Of a stretch of DNA of 29,411 bases, positions 10,601 through 17,772 are shown one piece after another. Each line of letters opens with the position of its first letter. The first letter of the stretch is position 1. The stretch is taken from positions 1 through 29,411 of IMG/VR virus record IMGVR_UViG_3300007965_000016. One strand, given 5' to 3'. The notes beneath the pieces are model-generated. The model was not told the DNA's origin. It worked only from the letters and a program-made list of their open reading frames with translations, and did no database searches. The position numbers and the translations under genes were made by a program. This DNA is from a virus. Its lineage: Duplodnaviria > Caudoviricetes.

Positions 10601-12339
10601 TTGGCAGGCTCTTGGAGTGCTGGATCGGATGTTCCAGCAAGAATTGTTTGCAGCTTAGCTTCTGGAGTAACTCCATCCTTGGCCGCCTGATCCTTGATCG
10701 CCGCAATGGCTGCCTTCTCCTCCGGGGTTGGAACGTACGTGGACGGAGGGGTCTCTGTAGCTACAGCTTTTGTAGCTGCTGTTGCTTGTAGTGGTTGGGC
10801 TGTAGCTACATTTGGGGCCTGACCGTCGGGTAATGCGGCGGTGGCTGTCGGAGCGGCAGCGGAAACCGCAGCAGTTGCAGTCGGAGTAGCCGCATTCGCG
10901 GTACTTGGAGCAGCGGCAGCGGTGGCGGGAGTGGCGGGAGTGGTAGGAGTAGCAGTAGCAGCAGCAGCATCGGCTGGCTTGGCATTCTTCTTCCCGCCTT
11001 TTTTGGCAGCAGGCTTGTTGGCATCAATGCCAAACGTGTCAGCAATGCGCTGGTCATACGGGGCGGCAATGTTGACGATCTTTGACACCAGGTCATCTGT
11101 CGCGCCGGTGAGTTGGTTGTCACCCAGCTCTTTGATCTTGATCAGGTTGTCAGCGAACTCAGCGTACTTGCGAGCAGCAAGCTCATGGGCATCTGCCGCC
11201 TTGGCCAGGTTCACGTCTGGGGCTGCATCATTCTGTTCTCGGAGCAGCTTGGCCTGTGCCAAATGGGTCTCGACTTTGTTGTGCGAAGTTGAGAACTCGT
11301 TGAGCACAACTTCCAAGGCCCGGAGCTGATCCTTGGTGTACACGGAGGGCGTGCCCATGCCGACGCGCTCGGCAAAGATGCCGACCGATGAAGTGGCATC
11401 ACCGAGCGCAGTCTTGTAATCGGTGAGATCGTTTTCAGGGTTCAACTCAGGAGTGTCTGGAGCCAGGTTCTGTTCTGCAAGTTTGGCCTCCATTTCCGCT
11501 CGCTTACCCGCATCCACCACAGCGCCAGGAACATCCTTGGCCAGCTTGTTGGCCGCCATGCGTCCTCCAACATACCCTGCGCCAGCGCCGAGAGCGCCGC
11601 CAAGGCCAGCGGCGAAGACTGCGTTTTCTGCCGCTCCAAGGTAGCTGAATTGATCTTGGCTGCCACGCTGCATATTCGCATTCTGCTGGGCCACATCGCC
11701 CAACCCACCAGCAACAAAGTTGTCCAGTGCCTCTCCTTTGGCTGCCGTCTTCCAGCCTTGGGATGTCACCTCTTGTTTCAGGGCTTGAGTAGCGCCGTCA
11801 ATCCCCAAATCTGCTAGGCCTTGCTCGCCTGCTTTTTTTAAAGCGGTTGCCTTGAATGCTTCCTCCGCTACCCTGCCAACGCCCAGGGCCGTCTTCGCCC
11901 CAGCAGTCAGAAGCAGGAGAGGGGCATCGGCCAAACCACCTATCAAGGCCGCGCCAACGGCGTTACCAGTGGCCGCTGCGTCGCCGGAGAACAGGCGATT
12001 GGGTGCGCTCTCGTAAAGACGGTCTTGCAGGTTACGGAATTGCTTTTGCTGGATGCTCTCACCAAGAGATGACCCAAAGTCCCAGATCGACGCGATGGCA
12101 GAGGAGCCGCGCGCAGTCATGGTGTTGAGCATGTCTGTCTTCAACGCCTCAGTATCACCACCATATTTCGTACCGTTTGGGTCGATGGACGAGTGGAGGA
12201 ACTTTGTCAGCTCCTGGTTTGCACCAACTTGATCCCAGGTCGCATCCTTGAACAAGGAGTTGGGGTCGCTGGCGGCAGAGATAGTTGACTTCAGGTTGTT
12301 GTCGCCGCTCTTGAGGATGAGGTCGAATAAGTTTGACAT
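1663..12339 (-). CDS. giant internal virion / DNA ejection protein (3558 aa) with zincin-like metallopeptidase motif
   Basis: 10.7-kb ORF with SD GGAG before ATG 12339 (the track's TTG at 12345 is less likely); last gene of the podovirus virion module; HETGH x2 plus NELFA; C-terminal WQFKSYP motif and hydrophobic Gly-rich helices as in gp16-type proteins. Confidence 0.8.
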   Translation of the reverse strand: MSNLFDLILKSGDNNLKSTISAASDPNSLFKDATWDQVGANQELTKFLHSSIDPNGTKYGGDTEALKTDMLNTMTARGSSAIASIWDFGSSLGESIQQKQFRNLQDRLYESAPNRLFSGDAAATGNAVGAALIGGLADAPLLLLTAGAKTALGVGRVAEEAFKATALKKAGEQGLADLGIDGATQALKQEVTSQGWKTAAKGEALDNFVAGGLGDVAQQNANMQRGSQDQFSYLGAAENAVFAAGLGGALGAGAGYVGGRMAANKLAKDVPGAVVDAGKRAEMEAKLAEQNLAPDTPELNPENDLTDYKTALGDATSSVGIFAERVGMGTPSVYTKDQLRALEVVLNEFSTSHNKVETHLAQAKLLREQNDAAPDVNLAKAADAHELAARKYAEFADNLIKIKELGDNQLTGATDDLVSKIVNIAAPYDQRIADTFGIDANKPAAKKGGKKNAKPADAAAATATPTTPATPATAAAAPSTANAATPTATAAVSAAAPTATAALPDGQAPNVATAQPLQATAATKAVATETPPSTYVPTPEEKAAIAAIKDQAAKDGVTPEAKLQTILAGTSDPALQEPAKIAKAAIDRQAQAALAPPAPPATPAPTATAVPTEAAATPSDTVPPVEDTRTDEQIAADTEKLIAQKAELQAKLEAFEKAAVDRAQLSAVQVHEGIVASLNKQVSDIHAVIDGVLKAIEDDLNDAQKTFGAAAKAPDKERKKEIFDLVISQAKADHPELATIFDQVMPKPFSSEKGATAAKVRIKAMADEAMALHYEMQIGSVLPDPTNTTHFEQVLKAMLGDRFSDDIAKIVAHNQKEINASLIERVSAIGIDNLQKDPVLAQAWNHMIKTTNDGRQIAGGKTTVRSDLSEIVNRNMAVVDGAVKAAISGEGAVAIIKKVRKSVSDFMKQIQSSGAYVDQELMDQILEIHALRSMKSEIDGTFKIQNKEAFDKLEAMYQLRVRDRDRLFTRSNQQAKNPFAEGIVETPAMHRLNTGKVDEDGNPIYVDKIVTGRRIDTSMGGVKTVGGPQKAFSDGISNYLGVLWANPRKMFAAARAVRSEIFAGAIKVASWSKASIFVDGVKASSSVKEIKGRLAETVNARAENARASTIYDLVERLRLGDNIALGLAKDTPENVDRAITKERFDSLIKMVGDNSFPVHPSEIDLASMIIDHKEAMDTAHSVARAEMAEGLKDAMLTGEKGHDLIMGIVKRLKSTTEKSQGNLLIAIEKKYPTPSKTRITERAKTTTKTQTVKGDNTPVNVGDVVPITATKTKVVEGGAVGVPETKTTRQRAEEEAAAIAKRKGKSTTSLLVKEGEPVEPAPTDIGSLVISVGGVNREFDISKHFVMDADGMIKLFGEKIGTWIPAPGLDSKVLVSIGQSIEDEGVSTFASIIKRKAFRKEFDGIFQANKDKMPSSASGVEPGALIPAEMSKSTQVDEAITSLKINGAITDTDMNTKLSDILTPAEGRLLALKSVRADGTEGVEIIGAKQMGLTLGEFLALFKWNPLVKEKTLIGTALPNKKAREFEQRGTPRPASATATIKNVVKNADNAVIVATAQQRPVSYAQASKVKLPDGDTLASLMDSFEMGVQALSFNKIGTIQELNSVIETLTKQAETINALAPHGIKRTNASRRMSFHWLEEHMARFSDEERRSALDFLRRVDPAANTFPFVFSSDQNYSSFGTGSNRGESKITIYGGEKKPNDVVDETHETGHFSFRSIPKHIAVIHETGHWAFTNMLSPNERIEFIKTLAKYYDADGKFDINAVLRSVNAARAIEDMTKVDLADLRTNTNELFAWQFTSYAMQTTVGKAGRAAEQTLWQKIAKVLRGLLSTFLDLPVEPALVPLFERILPSKLSDTKYNYSAPIGKDGKIINVADIPDSLTRSAVGSDIALMETIDKQRGALAHHIFTAGGVDGGYRGELEKATKYFFGLLYGKEKGKKTPYAVQQVRDALLIKVQKATGVYKWVRDPATNRIVKGPNGEGLVKSVPRLGVIDASDLFQRHELGRLMSTIVDTMGESPMSDKLAFEAATDAEEVSVIMKSNSVGDHGDANAYYLEALQFKFKELTKGLEMSKISANEASKYSDALAQSDAYARKEAANFLKDAYKVDIEDSLLDQSGQSKHLVGDDGHQKALMSLSRKLYDMMGDALDELDGQLAKHGVRVMPSERAVSTDYTPSENDIIEEAKKAVAKQKHPVSPNVVEPETEAGAAAAKAEAEARTDGVSTGMPVGAPDLLKTLVSRMTHRDAHTKSTLDQLTYRLFTTLFGDKAEDLTNADVLRLSGLGKEALNGYSPRSMANTKTEAYNSLRESLRLVSEALVQRKAKDIPEQIKKLLPIISRQLYDQTVKSFAADPPIWVRTDLETTPIDRAVHRSEFAKMISYLYQNGFPDPEWRSVKSALAESQQVNDVLKTISDIFGGLTVVAEDAAGETLSVPIPHVRAMYAATGLYHPIHARASVATRLANLPQTITSKLLNIIRANGKNLADNVFFVDSKTGKLFLTSAAADGANSSAPGIADIDAEIGALIKAGKQEDVTRLMAKRDALIQAAGEPSDGVRAVLFDKKKVFDPFDETNPKVQDVEKAVAAGEKRDAVLKRLGYLAVANGDGTARLLVKNKTDIVDLEDAIAREQGLKRNENAKNVPLTGELVLHMALDAPAPELVAVEQRAIQAGAPSLMAKLFANIIAGKKSDTGLSEAEYPKVRAFHMLQLQSNPNRIFDMGGKWLANLMTPKEGTGFNDAFAVRLSADLQPIVNSLDQLDGVKNWLHKVGKEIYRNLDLRGHTMPQSDSETNIVLAMRTNNDSKLTIEEIKVKESVVQLFRKLLIMQRDAGVPVADLTNASNRNYLPQRFNISWIEANREEAIRLLGEWFRKDRKGYPTAANAMDDARRVIHEALYRKELDGMLEGSTTVYGKAFGDKLYQRKLRIDSKDWEPLAPLFDNNLRSLISSYSEAAHKRVEWSKRFGIRGHAVNTYIDIGKRGDIAVIEALMGRAQGMKYMIADNMPDDLGLPPAGPMAVMDNLFVPLTKDRREAMEIAGSLGETLMKDKDDHTRAILVDDLMKIYAKNGGSGIEHFRLRAEAIVNALADFGTDGNTTATHELDFMLKAVGGLEGRPAHTITSNRSAQKFAQGAKLFASTTLLSAATIASFGDTAMPLLRSGSIGSMLKGITKSVKLAMNDPIMAQSMARIGVLGESMLRESMGDMNGGTMARLSSAFFQANMLTPWTNAMRQYSALVGFESIKANQAIAQREMFNNNVDSLAYRRSVRYLRQLGLAELINAEPLDTMAAAVGHEGDFTPSQMKIAEAIHKFSDESIFQPNKSDVPLWAQDPIASVLWQFKSYPMMAGRLVSRLFKEAGAFENGSVIGKLKGQDVGKYAGDPAGLMYLLTIGAALGYGSAYAKDVIKGNNQEGESWRTAKDYRLSKIGQDLGFKDFSISSDGADNVLGGYATGLLTLGALGFVGDLMFQSAQSLDNGSYGRERIMSQIAGPTMGLFSDTLQIAEGAFAAAKGDESNAKARNATRKVLARIPFAGSMKPEIEATVNAVAGDSQTAPTDPNPIWQRW
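10490..11010 (-). repeat. Ala/Thr/Pro low-complexity linker within the giant protein
   Basis: AAAATATPTTPATPATAAAAP... and APPAPPATPAPTATAVPTE; short GCA/GTAGCA/GGGAGTGGC tandem units. Confidence 0.7.
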
Positions 12340-12375
12340 GCACAATTCTCCAGTTAGAGTACAGGTTGTATTGTC

Positions 12376-12402
12376 GCATCAGTATGCGACGAAAGCGACT
12401 TT
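12376..12402 (-). promoter_or_regulatory. putative late promoter motif upstream of the giant virion gene
   Basis: AAAGTCGCTTTCGTCGCATACTGATGC is 23/27 identical to the motif upstream of the capsid gene; it overlaps the inverted repeat GTCGCAT-N4-ATGCGAC. Confidence 0.6.
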
Positions 12403-12839
12403 TATCCTAACCCCATGCGGCGCAGGATTTGGTCAGCGTATTGACGTGATGTCGGGTCTTGTGGGCGCTTCTTGTTTCCCCAATCGTGGACGGTTCCATC
12501 CTGGGCTACAACACCCTCTCCTGCATAGTACGCAGCGGCGGCCTTGTACGGATCGTTGTTGAACTTCTTGAGCAGGTAGGATGCCCATATCTGGCCAGCG
12601 CGGAGGGTGTGGTTTGGGTTTCTGAAGTCTGCATCCTGCGGGATCAGGCCCAGCTTCTTCATGCCATCAAAGGTTGTGTCTTTGATTTGCATCGGGCCGG
12701 TCACGCCCTGGCTATTGACCTTTGACGTGTCAGCCTTACCGGAGCTTGACTCCTGCCCATAGATCGCATTGATGAACTTCTCCTCCAGGCCTTTCGCATC
12801 ACCGGGAGCAGGGGAGGCTGCCCCTGCTCCCTCTGTCAA
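12402..12839 (-). CDS. lytic transglycosylase (SLT) domain, probably expressed as a -1 frameshift extension of the upstream virion protein
   Basis: SLT motifs GQESS (catalytic Glu), GPMQI, AAAAYYAG and TSRQYADQI; only a TTG start with no SD; linker-like N-terminus. Confidence 0.85.
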   Translation of the reverse strand: MTEGAGAASPAPGDAKGLEEKFINAIYGQESSSGKADTSKVNSQGVTGPMQIKDTTFDGMKKLGLIPQDADFRNPNHTLRAGQIWASYLLKKFNNDPYKAAAAYYAGEGVVAQDGTVHDWGNKKRPQDPTSRQYADQILRRMGLG

Positions 12840-12844
12840 AAATG
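12804..12844 (-). promoter_or_regulatory. candidate programmed -1 frameshift signal (CAT TTT TGA plus 11-bp hairpin)
   Basis: Minus strand reads CATTTTT-GACAGA-GGGAGCAGGGG-CAGCCT-CCCCTGCTCCC. Confidence 0.6.
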
Positions 12845-14734
12845 TGGCGCTGCGTAGGCTGGGTTGTAGAGCCTTTGCGGCGTTCCGTAGGGAGCGGCGG
12901 AGACGGGATTCAGTTGCAACGATTTCAGGCGATCCTCATAAGCCTGCTTGGCTTTGTCGGCGTTCGTCATGTGGCGTTTTACATCCATCGCTACCCCAGC
13001 CTTCGACAGGATTTGCTGCGTCATCACCTCTGCCTGATCGCCAAACGAGCGTGAGGTTTCGCTGAACCCAGCCGCTTTCAAGAAGCTGACTACTGACTTC
13101 CTTGCAGCCTCATAGTCCCTCTGCGCAATGTCTTGGGCGGAGACGCCGAATGTCTGGTTCAAGGAAATGGCAGAACGAATCGTTTGAATTTTCAGAGCTT
13201 CGTGCTCGATCAGGCCAGCTTTGATTGCTTCGGCGGAGGCGTAAGCTGTGTTGGCCACTTCGTTATTTGACCCAGATGTTGCTCTCGCGCTCCCTGATGC
13301 AGCATAGTTGCGAATGGGAATCTTGTTTCCCTGCTCGTCAGTCCGGTATCCAATGATCGGGCCTTCGTTTGCAAGTGATGCAGGAGCACTACCCCCGACG
13401 TAATTCTTCTGGCTGATTTCGGCGAATCCCTTGTACGCAGCTCCAGCCTCTTCCAGAATCTTCGGAGACGAATTGAGTGTGGCCGCCGTGGCAAAGAACT
13501 CTTGCGGAGAATCGAACCTTGCGTGTGCCAACTTTGCCCCAGCTTCCACCCTCCCGCGAAGTGAGGAAAGAGTTTCCATCTTGGCGACATAATCCCTGAT
13601 CTTTTCTGGCGAGCCAGTCTCCAGAACATTGACAAGCTCCGGGATGTCCGTCACGTAGTGGCTGCGCAAATACGATGCGACCTGAGTCTGCACCTTCTCG
13701 TCAGATGAGACCGGTGGTATCCCCTTTTTCTTGTCGCCGGAAACAACCGCAGACTCTCTGGCCTGCGACAGCGAGACCTGATCCGCAAGGCTTGCCATGG
13801 CGGTGATGGCCTTTTGGCGCTGATCCTCTTCTTTTGCGTCGAGATCAGCGGCAGCAATGGCATTGCGCCCGTAATCAGCCTGGGCTGTCTTGACGGCATC
13901 AGCACCCTGTATCTGGGTCTGCTGTTGGATGTATCGGTCATTGGCAGCTTTGGCTGCTTGAGACGCTTTTTTCTGCAAGTCGTCGATGGTCGATGCAGGC
14001 ATCCTTGGAAACAGTGTCTTGATGCGGTCACGGAATGACTGACCTTCAACCTCCGTCCCGGTGTATCCGCCAGAGCCGCCAATCTTGTCGGCCTCAGCGA
14101 GCACCTGGTTGGATGCGGAAGCAAGGTTGTTCTCCGCCGCACGAGTCAGGCCGTCGATGTGTGCTTGCGAGAGCACCGACTTGTTCTGTTCTACGAACGA
14201 TTGAGCATCCTCCGGGAACATGGTCTTGCCAATCTCTGACCCCTTCTGCATCCCTTCCAGCGTGGCCTGCTGATTGATGGTTCCCAGCTTTGGCTGAATG
14301 AGGTTGAAGCGCTCTCCGTAGCGGTCAAGACCGGCACGGTAAACTTCATCTGGCGATTTTCCTTGGAGGAATAACTGGCTTGCCATGGTGGACATATCCG
14401 TAGATTCTTTTTCATCGGAGGCAAACTGTGCGCGTCGGTTGATTTCAGCCTGCTTCTTGGCCTTCTCGTTGTAACTTTGAGTCATGGAGGCCAGCATGTC
14501 GCGCGAGGGTGCTGCGCTGTTCAGGTAGGCACTTGCACCAAGCGTATCCTTGGCCAGTGTGGCGGCCTGATCCACGCCCATGGTGATGCCTTGCTCGGCT
14601 TGAGCATTGAGAACATCCATCAGAGCCTTCCGGTTATCGAGACGGGATTGCCTGCGTTTGGCAATGGCTTCGTCTTGAACATCAGAAGTCGAGAAGTTGT
14701 TCGATCCCGGAAAGTAAGAGGGCATATTTGCCAT
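12836..14734 (-). CDS. internal virion / ejection protein (632 aa, helical)
   Basis: ATG at 14734 with SD AAGGA; Ala/Gln-rich coiled-coil character; position between other ejection-type genes. Confidence 0.7.
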   Translation of the reverse strand: MANMPSYFPGSNNFSTSDVQDEAIAKRRQSRLDNRKALMDVLNAQAEQGITMGVDQAATLAKDTLGASAYLNSAAPSRDMLASMTQSYNEKAKKQAEINRRAQFASDEKESTDMSTMASQLFLQGKSPDEVYRAGLDRYGERFNLIQPKLGTINQQATLEGMQKGSEIGKTMFPEDAQSFVEQNKSVLSQAHIDGLTRAAENNLASASNQVLAEADKIGGSGGYTGTEVEGQSFRDRIKTLFPRMPASTIDDLQKKASQAAKAANDRYIQQQTQIQGADAVKTAQADYGRNAIAAADLDAKEEDQRQKAITAMASLADQVSLSQARESAVVSGDKKKGIPPVSSDEKVQTQVASYLRSHYVTDIPELVNVLETGSPEKIRDYVAKMETLSSLRGRVEAGAKLAHARFDSPQEFFATAATLNSSPKILEEAGAAYKGFAEISQKNYVGGSAPASLANEGPIIGYRTDEQGNKIPIRNYAASGSARATSGSNNEVANTAYASAEAIKAGLIEHEALKIQTIRSAISLNQTFGVSAQDIAQRDYEAARKSVVSFLKAAGFSETSRSFGDQAEVMTQQILSKAGVAMDVKRHMTNADKAKQAYEDRLKSLQLNPVSAAPYGTPQRLYNPAYAAPHF

Positions 14735-14760
14735 GTTTGTGTCCTTTGTTTTCCTGCCTA

Positions 14761-16116
14761 TTACCCAACAATCCACTCATCCCACGAGAATGTCGGCTCA
14801 TCGTAGACTGGAGTCTGGTCTTGCCATGAGCTTGTGTCGAACTGAAAACCTTGGTCGGGCACTTCCCATGAGCTTGTGTCGAACTGAAGACCTTGGTCGG
14901 GCACTTGCCATGCGCTTATGTCGAAAAAGTTACTCCCTTGGCCTGGGTCTGTGTAGGAGTAGTCCCACTGAAACCCTGGTTGCAGGTCGTAATTAACAGG
15001 GTCTGAGGAACCAGACCCGCCAAGGGAGTAATCGACTGAGCCACCGTATTGGAAGGCCGGGTTTGTATTGCTTTTAAGTCTCAGTCCGGGTTCGGAAGGC
15101 ACATTTCCATATAGAGAATAGTTCACAGAACCATCTTCGTTCAATACATTTTCTGGATTGAAGGGAGGGACTTTTAAGCCCTGGCCTGACGGCAATCCTG
15201 TGCCGAGAGAATAGTCAACAGAGCCATCAGGCTTGAAGTACAACTGTGACCCGCCTCCAGTCCTTAGCGCGTCTGAAAGGCTTTTAGAGAGACCATTGGA
15301 TACTCCATTATTGATAGCTGATCTGAGGTTTGGGTTGCTGGTATTCTGGGTTCCAAAAACCTTGTCTACCAGACCTCCTCCTGCGGCAGCCAACTTTTGG
15401 TACAAGCCTGATCCAGTTTCCGTTTGAAGGAATTTGTCCAGCATATTGGCACCAGTGTCGAACATCTTGCCGGTGTTGATGGCGACATCCCTGTTTGCCA
15501 ATGCGCTTGCGGCTTGCCCCACGTTGTTGGCGTCTGTCACGCTGCGGAGCTGAGTGTTGTACAGGTTTTGAAGAGCGTTGTATTTGGTGGAGTCTGACTG
15601 GATCGAGTTCTGCTGATCCGCTTGGGTCAGCTTTCGCAGAGCCAACCCCTCTTCAAATGCTTTGGCCCAGGCCTTCTCGTCAAGGCCGGAGTAGAGATCA
15701 CCCATCTGGCGAGCAACCCCCACCTGGCCATCAACTGCTTGCGTGGAATCTCCCATCCCGCCTTTCAGCGCTTTCAGCAATCCTTGTGAAGAGGCGATGG
15801 CAGCGGCCCGGTCATAGGAGCCAATCTGGGAGGCTTTGATCTGGGCGGCCCGGTTCGTCAGGCGCTCATCATCCTGCGGGCTGACGGATGAATACTCTTT
15901 CCCAATCTTCCCGGACAGGTCTTTGAGGTATCCAGACCCCTGATCAACTGTGTCTGTGTACACCTTGTATGTTCCATCTGCGTAGGACTTGGCCTTGTCG
16001 GCTGCATCCTTGGCGTCTGCGTAGTTCATGTAATCACGGCCTGCGCCGAGTACCGAAAACAACGTGCTGGTGTCAGTTTTTTGAGATGGTGTCGTGCTGT
16101 CTATTGTGGTTTCCAT
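14761..16116 (-). CDS. putative internal virion protein with repetitive acidic/aromatic C-terminus (451 aa)
   Basis: SD AGGAG; helical N-terminal half; DGSVDYSLG-type and FDTSSW repeats in the C-terminal half; synteny. Confidence 0.65.
   Translation of the reverse strand: METTIDSTTPSQKTDTSTLFSVLGAGRDYMNYADAKDAADKAKSYADGTYKVYTDTVDQGSGYLKDLSGKIGKEYSSVSPQDDERLTNRAAQIKASQIGSYDRAAAIASSQGLLKALKGGMGDSTQAVDGQVGVARQMGDLYSGLDEKAWAKAFEEGLALRKLTQADQQNSIQSDSTKYNALQNLYNTQLRSVTDANNVGQAASALANRDVAINTGKMFDTGANMLDKFLQTETGSGLYQKLAAAGGGLVDKVFGTQNTSNPNLRSAINNGVSNGLSKSLSDALRTGGGSQLYFKPDGSVDYSLGTGLPSGQGLKVPPFNPENVLNEDGSVNYSLYGNVPSEPGLRLKSNTNPAFQYGGSVDYSLGGSGSSDPVNYDLQPGFQWDYSYTDPGQGSNFFDISAWQVPDQGLQFDTSSWEVPDQGFQFDTSSWQDQTPVYDEPTFSWDEWIVG
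14821..14925 (-). repeat. 42-bp tandem repeat (about 2.5 copies; 14-aa unit)
   Basis: CCATGAGCTTGTGTCGAACTGAA(A/G)ACCTTGGTCGGGCACTT recurs at 14824, 14866 and partially 14908. Confidence 0.85.
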
Positions 16117-16125
16117 GGTGTTCTC

Positions 16126-17772
16126 CTATCCGTAAAAGCCTTGGGTCTGTCCGGGAAGCTGAGCAGCGCTCGCTTGGCTGTCTACGCCAAAGGTATCAAA
16201 TCCTTTCGCTTGATTTCCTTGGTATGCTCCACCGACAACCGTGTTCAAGCCTGTCTTCGTTGGAGCGCTAGAGGTCGCTTTTTTCATGTAGTCCTTGCGG
16301 GCTGCCGCTGATGTCTTGGCACCACCCTGGACGTTCTGCAAAAAGTTAATCAAGTCGCTTTGGAAGTCATACTCCGTCGTTTGGTCTGGAACCTTGTTGC
16401 TGTTGTCAACTTGGTCGATTTCATTCACAGGTCTCGGAGCGCCACCATACAGGCTGGTGTAACTCATCAACGCCACCTGTGGGTCAACGCCCTGGGCACT
16501 CCCGCCTTGCTGAGCCATCCAGTCCTGGAAGGCTTTTGAGAAGGCTGTGAGATCAGCTTGACCTCCTGTTATTGCTCCACCGGTTGGCGTACCAGCGGTG
16601 CCAGTAGATGCCGCACCCCCTGGTGCTCCAGAATACTGGTCAATAATTTGGCCGGTGGCGTTGTCGATGATCCGAACCGTGCCATCTGGCGAGATCACAC
16701 GAGTCGAGTTGGCTGGTACTTTACGGGTAGTTCCGTTCTGGGTAAGCACTCCAATCTGGTCTTTAACAACCGCATTGCCTAGCGATTGCAAGAATTTGTT
16801 GCTCGTCAAATCCTTGATTGTTGAATCGGCATACGAGGTAAGGCCAGCCACAACCGCCGACTTTAACGGGTCTCCTCCGAGGACAGCCGCAGAGGTTCCT
16901 GCGCTGCCAGCCGTTGCCAGGGCGTTCGTTGCATTAGGAGTTGCACCCCATTGGCCAAGTTGGTCTTTGATAGTTGAGCCAGCGTAGGAGCCAAGGCCTG
17001 CGGCGAGCGCCCCTTCTGCAACACTCTTCCCGCTCAATCCAGCCGTGATACCACCTCCGGCTGCGTTGACCAAGGCCCCGCCAACATTCTTGGAGATCGT
17101 CCCGTCTGCGACCAAAGGCTTGATGGAATCTGATACGTAGCCGGTAACATTCTTTGCCAGCCATTGACCGGCCTGCTGCTTGACTGCCGCCTCAAGGGCT
17201 TTGCTAACATCTCCGCCATTGGCAACCGTTCCGACCGCCGTTTGGCCACCGATACCAGAGAGAAGCTGGGCGGCACCTTTGCTGATTGAGCCATCAGCTA
17301 CGCTGGTTGCGAGGGCGGAGTTGATCCCCTGTGAAGCCCAAGCTCCAGCGCCAGCGGTCAAAGCTCCGCGAGCGGCATTCTCAAGCGCACCGTCCAGGCT
17401 GCCAGTCCTAATGATCCCGATGCCAGCGTTCAGCGCCGCTCCATTAACTGCTGTTGCGGCAATGCCTGGGGTCATACCCCAAACGCCAGCAAGACCGGAT
17501 GCTGTGGCAGCAGATGCGCTTGCAGTCGCCGCCGATATGGTCGCAACTTCACCTGTGGCGGCAGCAGCGACAGACGTAGCTGGTGCACCCCACGCGCCAG
17601 CGGCGGCACCTCCTGTGTAAACGACTGCCGCAATAATCGCAATTTCTTCAATGTGGTCTGATGCCACATCAACTGCGTGAGCAATGGGTTGCACTACTTC
17701 ATCCACAACGCTTCCAATAGCATCGGTAGCACCCCCAACAATGTCTCCAACCGCTTCTAATGGATCACACAT
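16126..17772 (-). CDS. Gly/Ala-rich hydrophobic ejection/pilot protein with Met-Cys N-terminus (548 aa)
   Basis: Starts MCDP, as T7 gp14-type proteins start with Met-Cys; hydrophobic IAIIAAVVYTGGAAA segment; repeated GGDxxKS/AL helices; SD AGGAG. Confidence 0.7.
   Translation of the reverse strand: MCDPLEAVGDIVGGATDAIGSVVDEVVQPIAHAVDVASDHIEEIAIIAAVVYTGGAAAGAWGAPATSVAAAATGEVATISAATASASAATASGLAGVWGMTPGIAATAVNGAALNAGIGIIRTGSLDGALENAARGALTAGAGAWASQGINSALATSVADGSISKGAAQLLSGIGGQTAVGTVANGGDVSKALEAAVKQQAGQWLAKNVTGYVSDSIKPLVADGTISKNVGGALVNAAGGGITAGLSGKSVAEGALAAGLGSYAGSTIKDQLGQWGATPNATNALATAGSAGTSAAVLGGDPLKSAVVAGLTSYADSTIKDLTSNKFLQSLGNAVVKDQIGVLTQNGTTRKVPANSTRVISPDGTVRIIDNATGQIIDQYSGAPGGAASTGTAGTPTGGAITGGQADLTAFSKAFQDWMAQQGGSAQGVDPQVALMSYTSLYGGAPRPVNEIDQVDNSNKVPDQTTEYDFQSDLINFLQNVQGGAKTSAAARKDYMKKATSSAPTKTGLNTVVGGAYQGNQAKGFDTFGVDSQASAAQLPGQTQGFYG

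Noticed and set aside
1663-12339. Virion RNA polymerase (N4- or crAss-type)
   Set aside because: The size fits, but I found no DxDGD or T7-type motif set by eye; not excluded without structure prediction.
12804-12831. Intrinsic terminator
   Set aside because: No U-tract follows the stem on either strand, and it lies within the SLT coding frame.
14821-14925. CRISPR-like array
   Set aside because: Contiguous in-frame 42-bp coding repeats with no unique spacers and no cas genes.
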